Source: an uncultured Nitrospiraceae bacterium (GTDB lineage Bacteria > Nitrospirota > Nitrospiria > Nitrospirales > Nitrospiraceae). From it: a stretch of DNA of 64,000 nt. A model generated the notes under the pieces. It was not told the DNA's origin, searched no databases, and saw nothing but the letters and a program-made list of their open reading frames with translations. Shown here piece after piece: positions 8,854-19,520 of the stretch (position 1 is its first letter; each line of letters opens with the position of its first letter). Position numbers and translations under genes: made by a program. The stretch covers positions 608,001 through 672,000 of the forward strand of contig CAWJWJ010000002.1 of NCBI GenBank assembly GCA_963846575.1, in the 5' to 3' direction.

Positions 8854-11538
8854 ATGTCTCAGCCACCAGAGAGAGGTTCGCAGATGGTGCAGGACGCAGC
8901 CCCTGAGGCGGGGCCGCATCTGCTGGCCGAACAGCGTGGGGCGATTCATCAACGGCTCCTGGCGGGTGCGTCGGGAGATGAGGTGGTCGCTGCGACGACG
9001 GATCTGGTTGACGGGCTGATCGTCGGGCGATACCGGACTGCGGCGCGAACCGGCGGAGAGGCGCTCACGACAGCCGGATTTCAACACTGTTGTCTGATCG
9101 CATTGGGGGGGTACGGTCGACGTGAGTTGGCGCCCCACTCCGATATTGATTTGATGTTTTTGTTTCACTCCGATGCGGCCAAGGTGATACCCGACCTGGT
9201 GAAACAGGTGCTTCACCCTCTGTGGGACAGCGGGTTTCAGGTGGGCCACAGTGTCCGGACGATCCAGGACTGTGTGGATTTGGGGCTGGCCGATCTGACA
9301 GTCCGGACCTCGATGATGGAAGCGCGGTTTCTCGCCGGCAGTGCGGAGTTATTTCAGCAATTCCATGCGCGTTATATCAAAAAAGTCGTGTCGAGACGGT
9401 GCGATGCCTATCTGGAGCAGAAGGTTATCGAGCGGCAGCGCGAGTATGAAAAGTTCGGCGAGACGGTGTACCTGCTGGAGCCGAACGTCAAGAAAAGCAA
9501 AGGCGGTTTGCGCGACCTGCACCTCCTGCAATGGGTCGGGTTGGCCAGATACCAGGCTCCCACGATCCGGGAACTGTCTGATCGCGGAATCATGTCCCAG
9601 GCCGATTATCGGGCGCTGAAAGAGGCGCGGGATTTTCTCCTACGCATCCGGGCCTTTCTCCACCTTCGGGCCGGCATGGCGCAGGAAATTCTCACCTTCG
9701 ACGAGCAGGTCTGGTTGGCTAACCAACTCGGATTCACGGATCGTCCCCATTTGCTGGCGGTTGAGCAGTTCATGCAGCAATATTACCGCCATACGATGGG
9801 GCTTCATGCTGCCTCGATGCGTTTCCTCGAGCGCTGTCGGCGCCGCTCGTGGCGGCAGCGGCTGGTCCGATGGTTGCCATCTCCGCGTATTGATCAGTAC
9901 TTCATCGTTGACGGTGAAGCGTTGACCGTGCCGGTTGAATTGCGCTCCCAGGTGTTGGATCGGCCGGCCTCGCTCCTGAGGCTATTCGACCTGGCACGGT
10001 CGCGAAAACTCAGTATCGATCCGTCGCTGCTGGAGGACATTCACCGCCACGCAGAGATGTTGTCGGTGGAGGGGTTCCGCACACCGGAAACAGGTCGCAC
10101 CTTTCTATCGATTCTGGCGGGACCGGGCACGGCGCGGACGTTGGAAGCCATGCATCGAGCCCATCTGCTGGAGAAGCTGGTGCCGGCCTTCTCGCGGGTG
10201 CGAGGGCTCATGCAATTCAATCAGTACCACAAATATACGGTGGACGAGCATAGTCTCCTCGCAGTGGCGAAGGCCGAAGCTCTGGCGGAGCATCCTGGCG
10301 TGCTGGGGGAGGTATACCGGGAGATCAAGCGCAAGGACGTGCTGCATCTGGCCGTGCTGCTCCACGATTTAGGTAAGGGCCACGAGGAAGACCATAGCGA
10401 AGTCGGCAAGCGTTTGGCGGAAGAGACGGCCGCTCTGCTGGGATTTGATGATCGGGATACGCGTACGCTCGTCATGCTTGTCCATCGCCACTTATTGATG
10501 GCCCATACGGCGTTTCGACGCGATCCTTACGATGAAAAAGTCCTGCTGCCGTTTGCCCGCGAAGTGGGTACGCCGGAAGTGTTGCGCAAATTGTTGGCCC
10601 TGACGGCGGCGGATATCGCGGCGGTCGGTCCGGATGTGCTGACGAAGTGGAAAGAGTCCCTCCTGATCGAACTATATCTCCGTGCCATGCAGGAGGTATC
10701 CGGCGAGCGAGAGACGGTCGATGAACCGCAACGACTGGCGCGCGTGGTGGCCGAGGTCGCGTCGCAGCCGGGGTCCGGTGCGAATCTTTCCATGGACAAA
10801 TCGTGGATGCAATCGGAGTTGGAACAATTTCCATTGCGCTATGTGTATGGAACGACGGCGCGTCGCATCGCCGCGCATTTGGCTGCGATACGTCGTCTGC
10901 ACGTCGGCGGAGTCGTCATCGACACCGAGTTTAATGCGCAACTGGGCACCTGTGAATACGTCGTACTGGCACACAATGATCTGACTCCCGGATTATTCTC
11001 GAAAATCGCCGGCGTGATGGCAGCGAGCGGCTTGCAGATCCTGGATGCCCAGATCGTCACACGCAAGGACGGCATCGTCGTCGATACCTTCCAGGTTGCT
11101 GATCCCGACTATCAAGGCGCGCCTCCTGCGGACCGGCGGGAGTCAATCGGTCAGCGAATCGAAGAGGTATTGACCGGGCGCCAGACCATCGAGGCGATGA
11201 TGCGTCGTGGAGCCAGGCTCCATATGGGACGGTCGTTTCCGGCGCACCGGCAACCAGCCGAGGTGCGGATCGATAATGAGACGTCTGATCGATATACCAT
11301 TCTCGATGTGTTTGCGGATGATCGGCAAGGGTTGTTGTTTGTCATGACCAATGCCATTTTTCAGCTGGGCTTGTCGGTCCATGCGTCACGGATTTCCACC
11401 CGTCTCGATCAAGTCGCGGACGTGTTTTATGTGACCAGTATGGATGGAAAGAAGGTGGAGGATGCCGGTCGCCTGGAATCAATCCGGACGGCGATCCTCA
11501 ACGAGATTGAGACGTTTCTCGGTGCCAATGCGGCGTAG
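8854..11538 (+). CDS. glnD: [Protein-PII] uridylyltransferase/uridylyl-removing enzyme
   Basis: GGYGRRELAPHSDIDL, EPNVKKSKGGLRD, HKYTVDEH/LHDLGKG HD domain, two C-terminal ACT domains. Confidence 0.97.
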   Translation: MSQPPERGSQMVQDAAPEAGPHLLAEQRGAIHQRLLAGASGDEVVAATTDLVDGLIVGRYRTAARTGGEALTTAGFQHCCLIALGGYGRRELAPHSDIDLMFLFHSDAAKVIPDLVKQVLHPLWDSGFQVGHSVRTIQDCVDLGLADLTVRTSMMEARFLAGSAELFQQFHARYIKKVVSRRCDAYLEQKVIERQREYEKFGETVYLLEPNVKKSKGGLRDLHLLQWVGLARYQAPTIRELSDRGIMSQADYRALKEARDFLLRIRAFLHLRAGMAQEILTFDEQVWLANQLGFTDRPHLLAVEQFMQQYYRHTMGLHAASMRFLERCRRRSWRQRLVRWLPSPRIDQYFIVDGEALTVPVELRSQVLDRPASLLRLFDLARSRKLSIDPSLLEDIHRHAEMLSVEGFRTPETGRTFLSILAGPGTARTLEAMHRAHLLEKLVPAFSRVRGLMQFNQYHKYTVDEHSLLAVAKAEALAEHPGVLGEVYREIKRKDVLHLAVLLHDLGKGHEEDHSEVGKRLAEETAALLGFDDRDTRTLVMLVHRHLLMAHTAFRRDPYDEKVLLPFAREVGTPEVLRKLLALTAADIAAVGPDVLTKWKESLLIELYLRAMQEVSGERETVDEPQRLARVVAEVASQPGSGANLSMDKSWMQSELEQFPLRYVYGTTARRIAAHLAAIRRLHVGGVVIDTEFNAQLGTCEYVVLAHNDLTPGLFSKIAGVMAASGLQILDAQIVTRKDGIVVDTFQVADPDYQGAPPADRRESIGQRIEEVLTGRQTIEAMMRRGARLHMGRSFPAHRQPAEVRIDNETSDRYTILDVFADDRQGLLFVMTNAIFQLGLSVHASRISTRLDQVADVFYVTSMDGKKVEDAGRLESIRTAILNEIETFLGANAA

Positions 11539-11587
11539 GACGCAGGGAGTGGGTAGTCATTTCATCGGGGGTTGAAAGGAGGAGGGG

Positions 11588-12997
11588 ATGAACGTTCGTG
11601 AGGTGTTAGAGTTTGCAAAGAAGAACAAGGTCCAGGTCGTGGACTTAAAATTCGTGGACCTGATCGGCACCTGGCAGCATTTCACGATTCCAATCAGTGA
11701 GCTGACCGAGGGTCTGTTCAAGGATGGTTCCGGGCTTGACGGATCATCGATTCGAGGCTGGCGCGCGATCAACAACAGCGACATGCTGCTGGTGCCTGAT
11801 CCGACCACCGCCTTCCTCGATCCCTTCTGTTCCGTGCCGACCCTGAGTCTCATCGGCAATGTCGTCGATCCGATCACGCGGGAAACCTACGATCGGGATC
11901 CTCGTTTTATCGCACAGAAGGCGGAGAAATATCTCCAGAGCACCAAAATCGGCGACATCTCCTACTGGGGCCCCGAAGCCGAATTTTTCATTTTCGACCA
12001 TGCGCGCTATGACCAGACGAATCACAGCGGCTACTACTTCATCGATTCCGACGAAGGCGTGTGGAACATGGGTCAGGAAGGCGTGAACCTAGGCGGCAAA
12101 ATCCGTCACAAGGAAGGGTATTTTCCGGTCCCGCCGACTGACACGCAGCAGGACATTCGCACTGAAATGGTGCTGGAGATGGAAAAGGCTGGCATCGCGA
12201 CCGAAAAACATCACCATGAAGTCGCTACGGCAGGTCAGGCTGAAATCGATATCCGTTTCGACAGCCTGGTCAAAACCGCTGACAAAATGATGATGTTCAA
12301 GTACATCGTCAAGAACGTCGCGCGGCGACACGGCAAGACGGCCACCTTCATGCCAAAGCCGATCTTCGGTGACAATGGTTCGGGCATGCATACGCACCAG
12401 AGCATCTGGAAAGAGGGCAAGCCTCTCTTCGCCGGGAAGGAATATGCCGGGGTGTCCCAATTGTGCCTGCATTACATCGGCGGCATTCTCAAGCATGCAC
12501 CGGCGCTGGCCGCCTTCACCAATCCTTCGACGAACTCGTACAAGCGGTTGACGCCTGGGTTTGAAGCGCCGGTACTCCTGGCCTATTCGAGTCGCAACCG
12601 ATCGGCCGGTATCCGCATTCCCATGTATTCACCGAGCCCCAAGGCGAAGCGTATCGAAGTACGTTTCCCGGACCCTGCGGCGAACCCCTATCTCGCCTTT
12701 GCCGCCATGCTCATGGCCGGTTTGGACGGTATCGAGAATAAGATTAATCCAGGCGAGCCGGCTGAGAAGGATCTGTACGATCTCGAGGCCAAGGAAGCCG
12801 CCAAAATTCGAACCATGCCAGGAAGTCTGGATGAGGCGCTCAGTCACCTCGAAAAGAACCACCAGTTCCTTCTAAAAGGCGGGGTTTTCAGCGAAGATTT
12901 GATCGAATCGTGGATCAGCTACAAGCGCAGCAAGGAAGTCGATACGATGCGCTTGCGGCCCCATCCCTATGAATTTTTTCTGTACTACGACGTGTAG
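11588..12997 (+). CDS. glnA: Glutamine synthetase type I
   Basis: [35 protein letters not shown], adenylylation loop KDLYDL. Confidence 0.99.
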   Translation: MNVREVLEFAKKNKVQVVDLKFVDLIGTWQHFTIPISELTEGLFKDGSGLDGSSIRGWRAINNSDMLLVPDPTTAFLDPFCSVPTLSLIGNVVDPITRETYDRDPRFIAQKAEKYLQSTKIGDISYWGPEAEFFIFDHARYDQTNHSGYYFIDSDEGVWNMGQEGVNLGGKIRHKEGYFPVPPTDTQQDIRTEMVLEMEKAGIATEKHHHEVATAGQAEIDIRFDSLVKTADKMMMFKYIVKNVARRHGKTATFMPKPIFGDNGSGMHTHQSIWKEGKPLFAGKEYAGVSQLCLHYIGGILKHAPALAAFTNPSTNSYKRLTPGFEAPVLLAYSSRNRSAGIRIPMYSPSPKAKRIEVRFPDPAANPYLAFAAMLMAGLDGIENKINPGEPAEKDLYDLEAKEAAKIRTMPGSLDEALSHLEKNHQFLLKGGVFSEDLIESWISYKRSKEVDTMRLRPHPYEFFLYYDV

Positions 12998-13019
12998 TGA
13001 TAATTTCCTGTTCAGACTC

Positions 13020-13048
13020 TTGACGAATCGAACGAAGGATGGTAGAAA
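13020..13048 (+). promoter_or_regulatory. Sigma70-type promoter for the FNT-cynS-nirA leader
   Basis: TTGACG (13020-13025), 17-nt spacer, TG-G-TAGAAA. Confidence 0.55.
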
Positions 13049-13066
13049 TTCAACCCGTAGGTGAAA

Positions 13067-13162
13067 GGAGGCAATGACGCCTCTATCGCCCGCACCAAAT
13101 ACCAAGTAAACGGACAAAGGCGTCCGTCATTCTTTCGAGAGTGGCGGACGCCTCTTTATTTT
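13067..13162 (+). promoter_or_regulatory. ANTAR-type dual hairpin plus terminator (first attenuator)
   Basis: GGAGGC-AATGAC-GCCTCT (13067-13084) and ACGGAC-AAAGGC-GTCCGT (13110-13127); 16-bp terminator stem 13118-13153 with a TTCG loop, then CTTTATTTT. Confidence 0.85.
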
Positions 13163-13164
13163 CA

Positions 13165-13269
13165 GCCGACGTTGTGGTCGGCATTCCAAAAACAAGCGGG
13201 GTCTTCCCCGACTGGCTGAGCAGGACAATGGCGTCCTCATCCCGACAGCGGGGTGGGGACGTTTTTTTT
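13165..13269 (+). promoter_or_regulatory. Second ANTAR-type hairpin plus terminator (tandem attenuator)
   Basis: GCCGAC-GTTGTG-GTCGGC (degenerate loop) and AGGAC-AATGGC-GTCCT (13222-13237); terminator CGTCCTCATCCCG-ACAG-CGGGGTGGGGACG followed by T8. Confidence 0.72.
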
Positions 13270-13308
13270 AGCTTGAACGGGCCCATCGACCACCCACAGG
13301 AGGAGCGT

Positions 13309-14139
13309 ATGCATACAGCGGATCATGAGCGGATCGCAGGTATCGCGGCAAAGAAGTGGTGGTTTTTTGAGCAATCTCCAGGCGGGTATCTCATCCTGTC
13401 CGCACTGGCCGGGATCTATCTCGGATTCGGGATCGCGTTGATCTTCAGCGTAGGGGCACCGTTGGCGGCTGCCGGGTCTCCGGCGGTCAAACTCATCATG
13501 GGGGTCTCCTTCGGGATCGCGCTGACTCTCGTCATTTTCGCGGGATCGGAGTTGTTTACCGGCAACAACATGATCGGAACGATCGGTGGCCTGTCCAGGA
13601 GCCTGTCATGGGGACAGGTCATTCAGCTGAATTTCTGGTCATGGCTGGGGAATCTTGTAGGATCGCTAGGTCTCGCCTGGCTGGTGATTCAGTCGGGCGT
13701 GTTCAGCAAGGGCCCGGCGGCGGAGCTGATCGAGAAAGTGGCCGCGGTCAAGATGTCCCTGCCTGCATGGGAGTTGTTCCTGCGCGGGATTCTCTGTAAT
13801 TGGCTTATTTGTTTGGCGGTCTGGATGACGGGCCGCACGGGCAACGACACGGCAAAAATTCTCCTGATCTTTTGGTGTCTCTTCGCCTTCATCGGCACCG
13901 GCTTCGAACATAGCATCGCCAATCAATCGTTCTTGGGCATGGCGCTCTTCCTGCCCCACGAAGCGGCCATCAGCTGGGCGGGATTTTGGTACAACCAGGC
14001 GTTCGTCGTGCTGGGTAATGTCGTGGGCGGGGGTCTGTTCGTCGGCGGGCTGTACTGGATGGTGAGCCCCTATAGGGTGCCGGACAAGCAGCTGGCTGCG
14101 GCGCCTCAACCCGTTTCTTCGGCAGTCGTCGGTTCGTAA
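13309..14139 (+). CDS. Formate/nitrite transporter (FNT) family; nitrite or cyanate channel candidate
   Basis: LAGIYLGFG, GSELFTGN, GILCNWLICLAVW, GFEHSIAN; AGGAGGAG RBS. Confidence 0.93.
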   Translation: MHTADHERIAGIAAKKWWFFEQSPGGYLILSALAGIYLGFGIALIFSVGAPLAAAGSPAVKLIMGVSFGIALTLVIFAGSELFTGNNMIGTIGGLSRSLSWGQVIQLNFWSWLGNLVGSLGLAWLVIQSGVFSKGPAAELIEKVAAVKMSLPAWELFLRGILCNWLICLAVWMTGRTGNDTAKILLIFWCLFAFIGTGFEHSIANQSFLGMALFLPHEAAISWAGFWYNQAFVVLGNVVGGGLFVGGLYWMVSPYRVPDKQLAAAPQPVSSAVVGS

Positions 14140-14180
14140 CGGTCGAGCTTATTCACACGCAGATCTTTGAAAGGAGAGAC

Positions 14181-14624
14181 ATGATGGAAAAAGAGGTCAT
14201 GAAGAAAGCAATTCGCGCACAACGCATGAACAAAAAGGTGACGATCGCGGAAGTCGCCAAGACCGTCGGTAAGAATCCGACGTTCGTGGCGGCGGCGTTG
14301 AACGGCAATCACCGCCTCACTCCCGAGGAGGCATTGAAGGTCGGAAAATTGCTGGACCTGGATAAGGAACAAATCGGGTCCCTCAGTACCTTTCCCATCC
14401 GGACGGACTTTCCGAATGCAACGGATCCGTTCAAGTATCGCTTGTTGGAAGTCATCGGCGTCTACGGAGATTCGCTACGGGAGATGGCCAATGAAATGTT
14501 CGGCGACGGGATCATGAGTGCCATTGATTTCACTCTGGACCTGGAGAAAGTGACCGGCAGCCAGGGCGAAGCCCGCTGCAAGATCACTCTGAACGGTAAG
14601 TGGCTTGAGTACAAAACATTCTGA
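14181..14624 (+). CDS. cynS: Cyanate hydratase (cyanase)
   Basis: TDPFKYRLLE, EMFGDGIMSAIDF, ITLNGKWL. Confidence 0.96.
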   Translation: MMEKEVMKKAIRAQRMNKKVTIAEVAKTVGKNPTFVAAALNGNHRLTPEEALKVGKLLDLDKEQIGSLSTFPIRTDFPNATDPFKYRLLEVIGVYGDSLREMANEMFGDGIMSAIDFTLDLEKVTGSQGEARCKITLNGKWLEYKTF

Positions 14625-14675
14625 ACGGAATGGCGCGCTAGGGACTGGCCGGCGATCGTACGAAGGGAGGACCTC

Positions 14676-14870
14676 ATGAACACGAACCCGGAATCTGCGG
14701 TGTTGACACTTCTTGAGCAACAAGCTCCCCAAACGTTCGAGAAATTAATGGCCTTGTCCGGTCTGAGCGCGTCACAGGTGCTGCTGGTGGTGGACCGTTT
14801 GAGTCGGAGGGGATCGGTGATACTCAGGAAGTCCGGACCGGACTATTCGGTCGGCTTAGGAGACGTGTGA
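14676..14870 (+). CDS. Small hypothetical protein, possibly winged-helix
   Basis: GGAGG RBS; stop overlaps the nirA start (GTGATGA); pattern resembles helix-turn-helix plus wing. Confidence 0.6.
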   Translation: MNTNPESAVLTLLEQQAPQTFEKLMALSGLSASQVLLVVDRLSRRGSVILRKSGPDYSVGLGDV

Positions 14871-16465
14871 TGAACAAAATTGAGGCGATCAAGTCGGAAC
14901 GAGACGGGTTGTCGGTGCGCGACATGATCGCACAATATGCGCAAACCGGCTGGGAGACCATTCCCGAGGAGGATATCCAACGGTTGAAATGGTACGGGCT
15001 GTTTTTGAGAAACCCCACACCGGGTCATTTCATGCTCCGCGTGCGAATTCCGGGAGGGCGCACGACATCCACGCAGCTCGAGACGTTGGCGGACATTGCA
15101 CTGCAGTTTGGCAACGGTGTCGTCGACGTGACCACGAGACAACAAATCCAACTCCGTCATTTGACCATCGAGCATGTCCCCGCGGTTTTTGCCAGGCTGG
15201 CGGATTCGGGACTCACATCCCTGCAAACCGGCATGGACACGGTCCGCAACATCATGACCTGCCCGGTAGCGGGCTTGAACCCGAATGAAGTGCTGGACGG
15301 CACGGACATCGTGCGCGCCATCAACGAGGAGATCTTGGGCAATCCTGCCTATACCAATCTGCCTCGCAAGTGCAATATCGCTGTGACCGGATGCCCGGAC
15401 AATTGTCTCCATACGGAGACGCAAGATATTGCGCTGATACCGGCTTATCACGATTTGGGACATGACAAGTGTTATGGCTACAACGTGCTCGTCGGGGGGA
15501 AGCTGGGATCCGGCGGGTATCGAATTGCAAGTCCGCTGGACATGTTCGTGAATCCGGCAGAGGCCCTCGAGGTGTGCCGAACCATTCTCCATATCTATCG
15601 CGAGCATGGACCGCGCGAGAATCGCACGCAAGCGCGTCTCGCGTTTCTGGTCGAAGCCTGGGGTGAAGCGCGGCTACGGCAAGAGGTTGAGGCCCGCGTG
15701 GGCCGTGTTCTGCCTGCGGCCGGCGTCGACGCCAGAGGGGCGAGCGAGCGCGACCACATCGGCATTTTTCGTCAGAAGCAACGGGGCATGAACTATATCG
15801 GCCTCAAGGTCCTCGTCGGTCGGGTGAACGCGTCCGATCTTCGGAAGGTTGCCGCATTGGCGGGGCGATACGGCACGGGCGAAGTGCGGCTTTCTCCGGC
15901 ACAGGCCTTCATAATCCCGCATGTCAGCGACCGGCTGGTGGGCGAACTGGCCGAGGAGCCGCTCGTCAAGCAATTCGCCTACAACCCTTCAGCACTCTAT
16001 AAGGGGCTCGTCAGCTGCGTGGGGAGCGACTATTGCAACCTGGCCGTGATCGAAACAAAAAGCCGGGCCGTCGAAACCGCGCAGGTTCTGGATCGCAAGC
16101 TGGGAGATGGCCTCAAGCCCATTACGCTGCATTGGTCCGGTTGTCCGGCCGGCTGCGGAAACCACCTCGTCGCGGACATCGGACTGCTGGGAAAGAAGGC
16201 AAAGGTCGGCGGAAAGGTGGTCGATGCCGTTGATGTGTTCGTCGGCGGCCGATCGGGGCCCGATCCTAAACTGGCCACCAAGATCATGGAAGATGTGCCT
16301 TGCGACAAGCTCCCGGCGGTGCTGGAGTCACTCATGCCCTACCATACGCGAGAAAAAATGCATCGCGTGCGTGGAAAGGCGGTGTCCAAAGGAATGGGAG
16401 CGATGAGGCCTGCAGAAGATCGAAGCGAAACGCGGGCATTTACGCCGCAACCGTTATCAGCCTAA
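14870..16465 (+). CDS. nirA: Ferredoxin-dependent assimilatory nitrite reductase
   Basis: FMLRVRIPGG, TTRQQIQL, TNLPRK, SCVGSDYCN and HWSGCPAGCG siroheme/[4Fe-4S] motifs. Confidence 0.92.
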   Translation: MNKIEAIKSERDGLSVRDMIAQYAQTGWETIPEEDIQRLKWYGLFLRNPTPGHFMLRVRIPGGRTTSTQLETLADIALQFGNGVVDVTTRQQIQLRHLTIEHVPAVFARLADSGLTSLQTGMDTVRNIMTCPVAGLNPNEVLDGTDIVRAINEEILGNPAYTNLPRKCNIAVTGCPDNCLHTETQDIALIPAYHDLGHDKCYGYNVLVGGKLGSGGYRIASPLDMFVNPAEALEVCRTILHIYREHGPRENRTQARLAFLVEAWGEARLRQEVEARVGRVLPAAGVDARGASERDHIGIFRQKQRGMNYIGLKVLVGRVNASDLRKVAALAGRYGTGEVRLSPAQAFIIPHVSDRLVGELAEEPLVKQFAYNPSALYKGLVSCVGSDYCNLAVIETKSRAVETAQVLDRKLGDGLKPITLHWSGCPAGCGNHLVADIGLLGKKAKVGGKVVDAVDVFVGGRSGPDPKLATKIMEDVPCDKLPAVLESLMPYHTREKMHRVRGKAVSKGMGAMRPAEDRSETRAFTPQPLSA

Positions 16466-16571
16466 CAGGGGGACATGCGGGCCGGCCGGTCTGAACCGGT
16501 TTGGGAACGCAATGTAGACTTGAGCCGATGCGAGACTTGCGCTATTCTCTTGAGCTCACCAAGGAGGCAGC

Positions 16572-17348
16572 ATGGCCAAGAGAGTGAAGACAAGCGAGGA
16601 ACCGAGCGAGGGGCTCAATCGCCATATCGAGCAGATTCGCAAGACGTTGCTGGCGTTTCAACCGTTCTTATCCCGAAAAAAGCTGACCCCGTCCCTGGAA
16701 GGCTTTGATGAGCAGGCCGAAGAGGTGCTCATCGAAACCTTTGGGGGAGCATCCGAGGAACTCGAAGCGTATCAATACGCAAAGTTCGGAGAATCCGCGA
16801 TCTTGCCGGAGGAAGCGCAAGAGGCAGGGACGCACAATGTCGACCGTGAAAGCCTCCATCAGCGGAAACAGGTTCTCGAAAGTTGTCTGGCGCAGCTCGA
16901 ACTCAAGAAAACCGCCCGGGCCGGCCGCGATTGGCGACGAACCGTCGAGGAACGGATCGATGGCCACACCGTGGCGGAATTCATGTCCGCCGACGTTCGC
17001 AGCGTGCACAAGGCCGCTTCAATCAAGGAGGCCGGACGCTTGCTGCAAAAGTGGCGAATCGGTTCCCTCCTGGTCGATGACGGATCGCGGTACATCGGCA
17101 TCATTACGGATACGGACCTGAGCAGAAAAGCCGTCGCCAAGGGCCTCGACCCGAATGCCACGACGGTGCATTCTTGTATGAGCAAGGCGGTGGTGACCAT
17201 CGAAGACAGTGAACCGCTCATGGAAGCCTTCTCGCTCATGAAGAAGGAAGGTATCCGGCACCTTCCGGTAACCGAGGACGGCACGATCATCGGGGTGTTG
17301 TCGGTCGGAGATCTGTTGCGGGCATACGAGAAGGTACTCGAGCTGTAA
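16572..17348 (+). CDS. CBS-pair domain protein with unknown N-terminal domain
   Basis: VAEFMS, IGSLLV...GIITDTDL, IRHLPV...GVLSVGDL; AAGGAGG RBS. Confidence 0.88.
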   Translation: MAKRVKTSEEPSEGLNRHIEQIRKTLLAFQPFLSRKKLTPSLEGFDEQAEEVLIETFGGASEELEAYQYAKFGESAILPEEAQEAGTHNVDRESLHQRKQVLESCLAQLELKKTARAGRDWRRTVEERIDGHTVAEFMSADVRSVHKAASIKEAGRLLQKWRIGSLLVDDGSRYIGIITDTDLSRKAVAKGLDPNATTVHSCMSKAVVTIEDSEPLMEAFSLMKKEGIRHLPVTEDGTIIGVLSVGDLLRAYEKVLEL

Positions 17349-17753
17349 GCGGCCGACCGAAGAAGCCGCGGCGATCCATCAGCAAAGCACCGGAAGTGGC
17401 CGCTTCTGTGGCGGCTTCCCGTGTATCCTATGGTGAACAGGGCCGATCGACGGGCCTGTTCACACACCATATTGGGCCATCTCGATTCTTCAACCAAGGA
17501 AGGCAGATGCCTGCCTGCGTCTCGTGTCCATCTCGGCTTAACGTGCCCTGAAGCGCGCTGGCTGTCATTTATCAGGCCACTGTGCCCGCGCCCAGTGGGG
17601 TCTAGTTGGCAGCCGGCCCAGGACTTCCCGTCGATTAAACCGGGCTAGGATACCCTCGGTCACGTGGCGGATGTGTCCCTTGAAACAGGCGAGGGTCGCC
17701 AACCTGTGGGCATCTAGACGGAATCTGTATGCTGAGCCGGCGAGGCGGCAAGG

Positions 17754-19011
17754 ATGAATAACCCAGGCTCTCATTCCCTGTCTGGTGATCCCTGCGGGGC
17801 AACCTCGAGTGGCATCAGGCCCAGAGTTCGGGCTGGTTGGCCGGCCGGAGACGGATGCAGGGCTGCCGGAGTGGTCCTCGTGCTCACTTTCAGCCTGATG
17901 TCGAGCCCTTGGACGGGGCAATCCGGCGCGGGGCCGCCACCTCCCTCCGTGACCAAGGGGGTGAAGTGGCATCCAGGCCACTACGTAACGATCATGGGGT
18001 GGGGAAAAAATCCGAAGTACCTGGAGGATGTGTACGCAGAGCTCAAGGTCACGTCCGCCTTGCGCGGGGTGCAGATTCGATACTTGTGGGCCGAACTGGA
18101 ACCAGCAGAAGGTCGGTATGATTTCACGTCCATCGACCAGCGGCTGGCGGAACTGAACACCCTGGGTAAGCGACTCGTGATCCAGGTGCAAACGAAATCG
18201 TTCGACCCGGGGTCGAAGCTCGTGCCGGACTATCTGAAAGGCGTTGAGTATGACGGGGGGGATTTCCCGTTTGCGTCGCAGAAGAAGGGGAAGCGAGCCG
18301 CCCACAACGTCACTCCAGGAGGGCACAACATCGCCTTATGGAATTCCCGCGTGCGCGATCGTCCGATTGCCCTCTTTCAGGCCCTGGGAGAGCGCTACAA
18401 CTCCCATCCTTCTTTTGAAGGGATCGGGATGATTGAAACAGCGTTAGGGGAATCGCTCGTCCCCCTCTCGACCGACAAGATCGACGGCTTCTACGCGAAT
18501 CTCCTGGAGGTGCACCGGCAGATGCGCGCGCAGTTTCCCAATACGATGACCATTCAAGAGGTGAACTACCCGCGTCCGATTCTCCCGGCCTTCGTCGGCA
18601 GACTTAAAGAAATGGGGACTGCGCTGAGGCAGACTTAAAGAAATGGGGACTGCGCTGAGCGGCCCCGATATATTCAAAGACGAGCCGGGATTGAACATGA
18701 ATACTCCCCCTGCTCCGAGAGGTATCTACACCTACTATCCGGCACTTTCCGGTATCGTCCCCCTGGCGCCGCAGGTGATGAGGAATAACTATCGGAACAC
18801 CCGCGGTGATGGAAAAGGGGCAGTGCCCACCGTGTCAGAAAATCTTGCGTTCGCTCGGGATGGTTTGAAGTCGAACTATGTCTTTTGGGCAAGGACTCCG
18901 GATGACTTTCCACGAGTGCCTGAGATGCTGACTCAGCCCGCACAAACCGGCGATCCGGCCGGGGGATTAGCCTCGATCTGTCCGAAGGCCTATGGGACCT
19001 GCGTGGACTAG
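17754..19011 (+). pseudogene. Secreted glycoside-hydrolase-like protein (beta-galactosidase-like barrel), frameshifted
   Basis: YLWAELEPAEGRYDFTSID and ALGERYNSHP motifs; ORFs 17754-18638 and 18643-19011 join if one copy of the 31-bp duplication is removed. Confidence 0.75.
18597..18658 (+). repeat. Perfect 31-bp tandem duplication
   Basis: GGCAGACTTAAAGAAATGGGGACTGCGCTGA at 18597-18627 and 18628-18658. Confidence 0.97.
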
Positions 19012-19520
19012 TCGGGCTGGTGTCTTTTCCCGGCCGTGGGTAGGAGGGCTTTGGCTGCTGGAGCGCGCGAGTACTTCCCGCTGCCGAGGGGTCGCGCGAG
19101 GGGTCATTGTAAAAAGGCTCCTCGCCCCACTTCCTCACTTCTGACCTTCAGAGACACAACATTGGGTTGCTTCTGGATGGTTGTTCTATCCCACGCTGTT
19201 GTGCAGCAGGGGTTTGGGGATCTTTATTCTGATTGACCATCGTGTGCCGCGCATCTGGCCGTGAATGCTGTGTGTTGAGATTGCTCGGTGCTGTCAGAGT
19301 TCACGTGCCCAATGAACGGCTCACGCGCCTGTCGATTGGGAGAGACAGAGCCAGCCTGTTGCGGGAATAAATATTCGGCGTAGGGGCGTTTCAAGTCTGT
19401 CGAACGGTCTGTCTCCTGGCTCCGCCCGGGCATCGGTTGAGCGAGAGGTGAATGACCACCCCCGGTACCGACAGACTCAATTTGATCCAAGTGTCGCCTT
19501 CGTGCAGCAGACAGTCCTGA

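Noticed and set aside
13141..13308. N-terminal extension of the FNT ORF
   Set aside because: It overlaps the terminator hairpins; the real start is likely ATG 13309 with a strong SD
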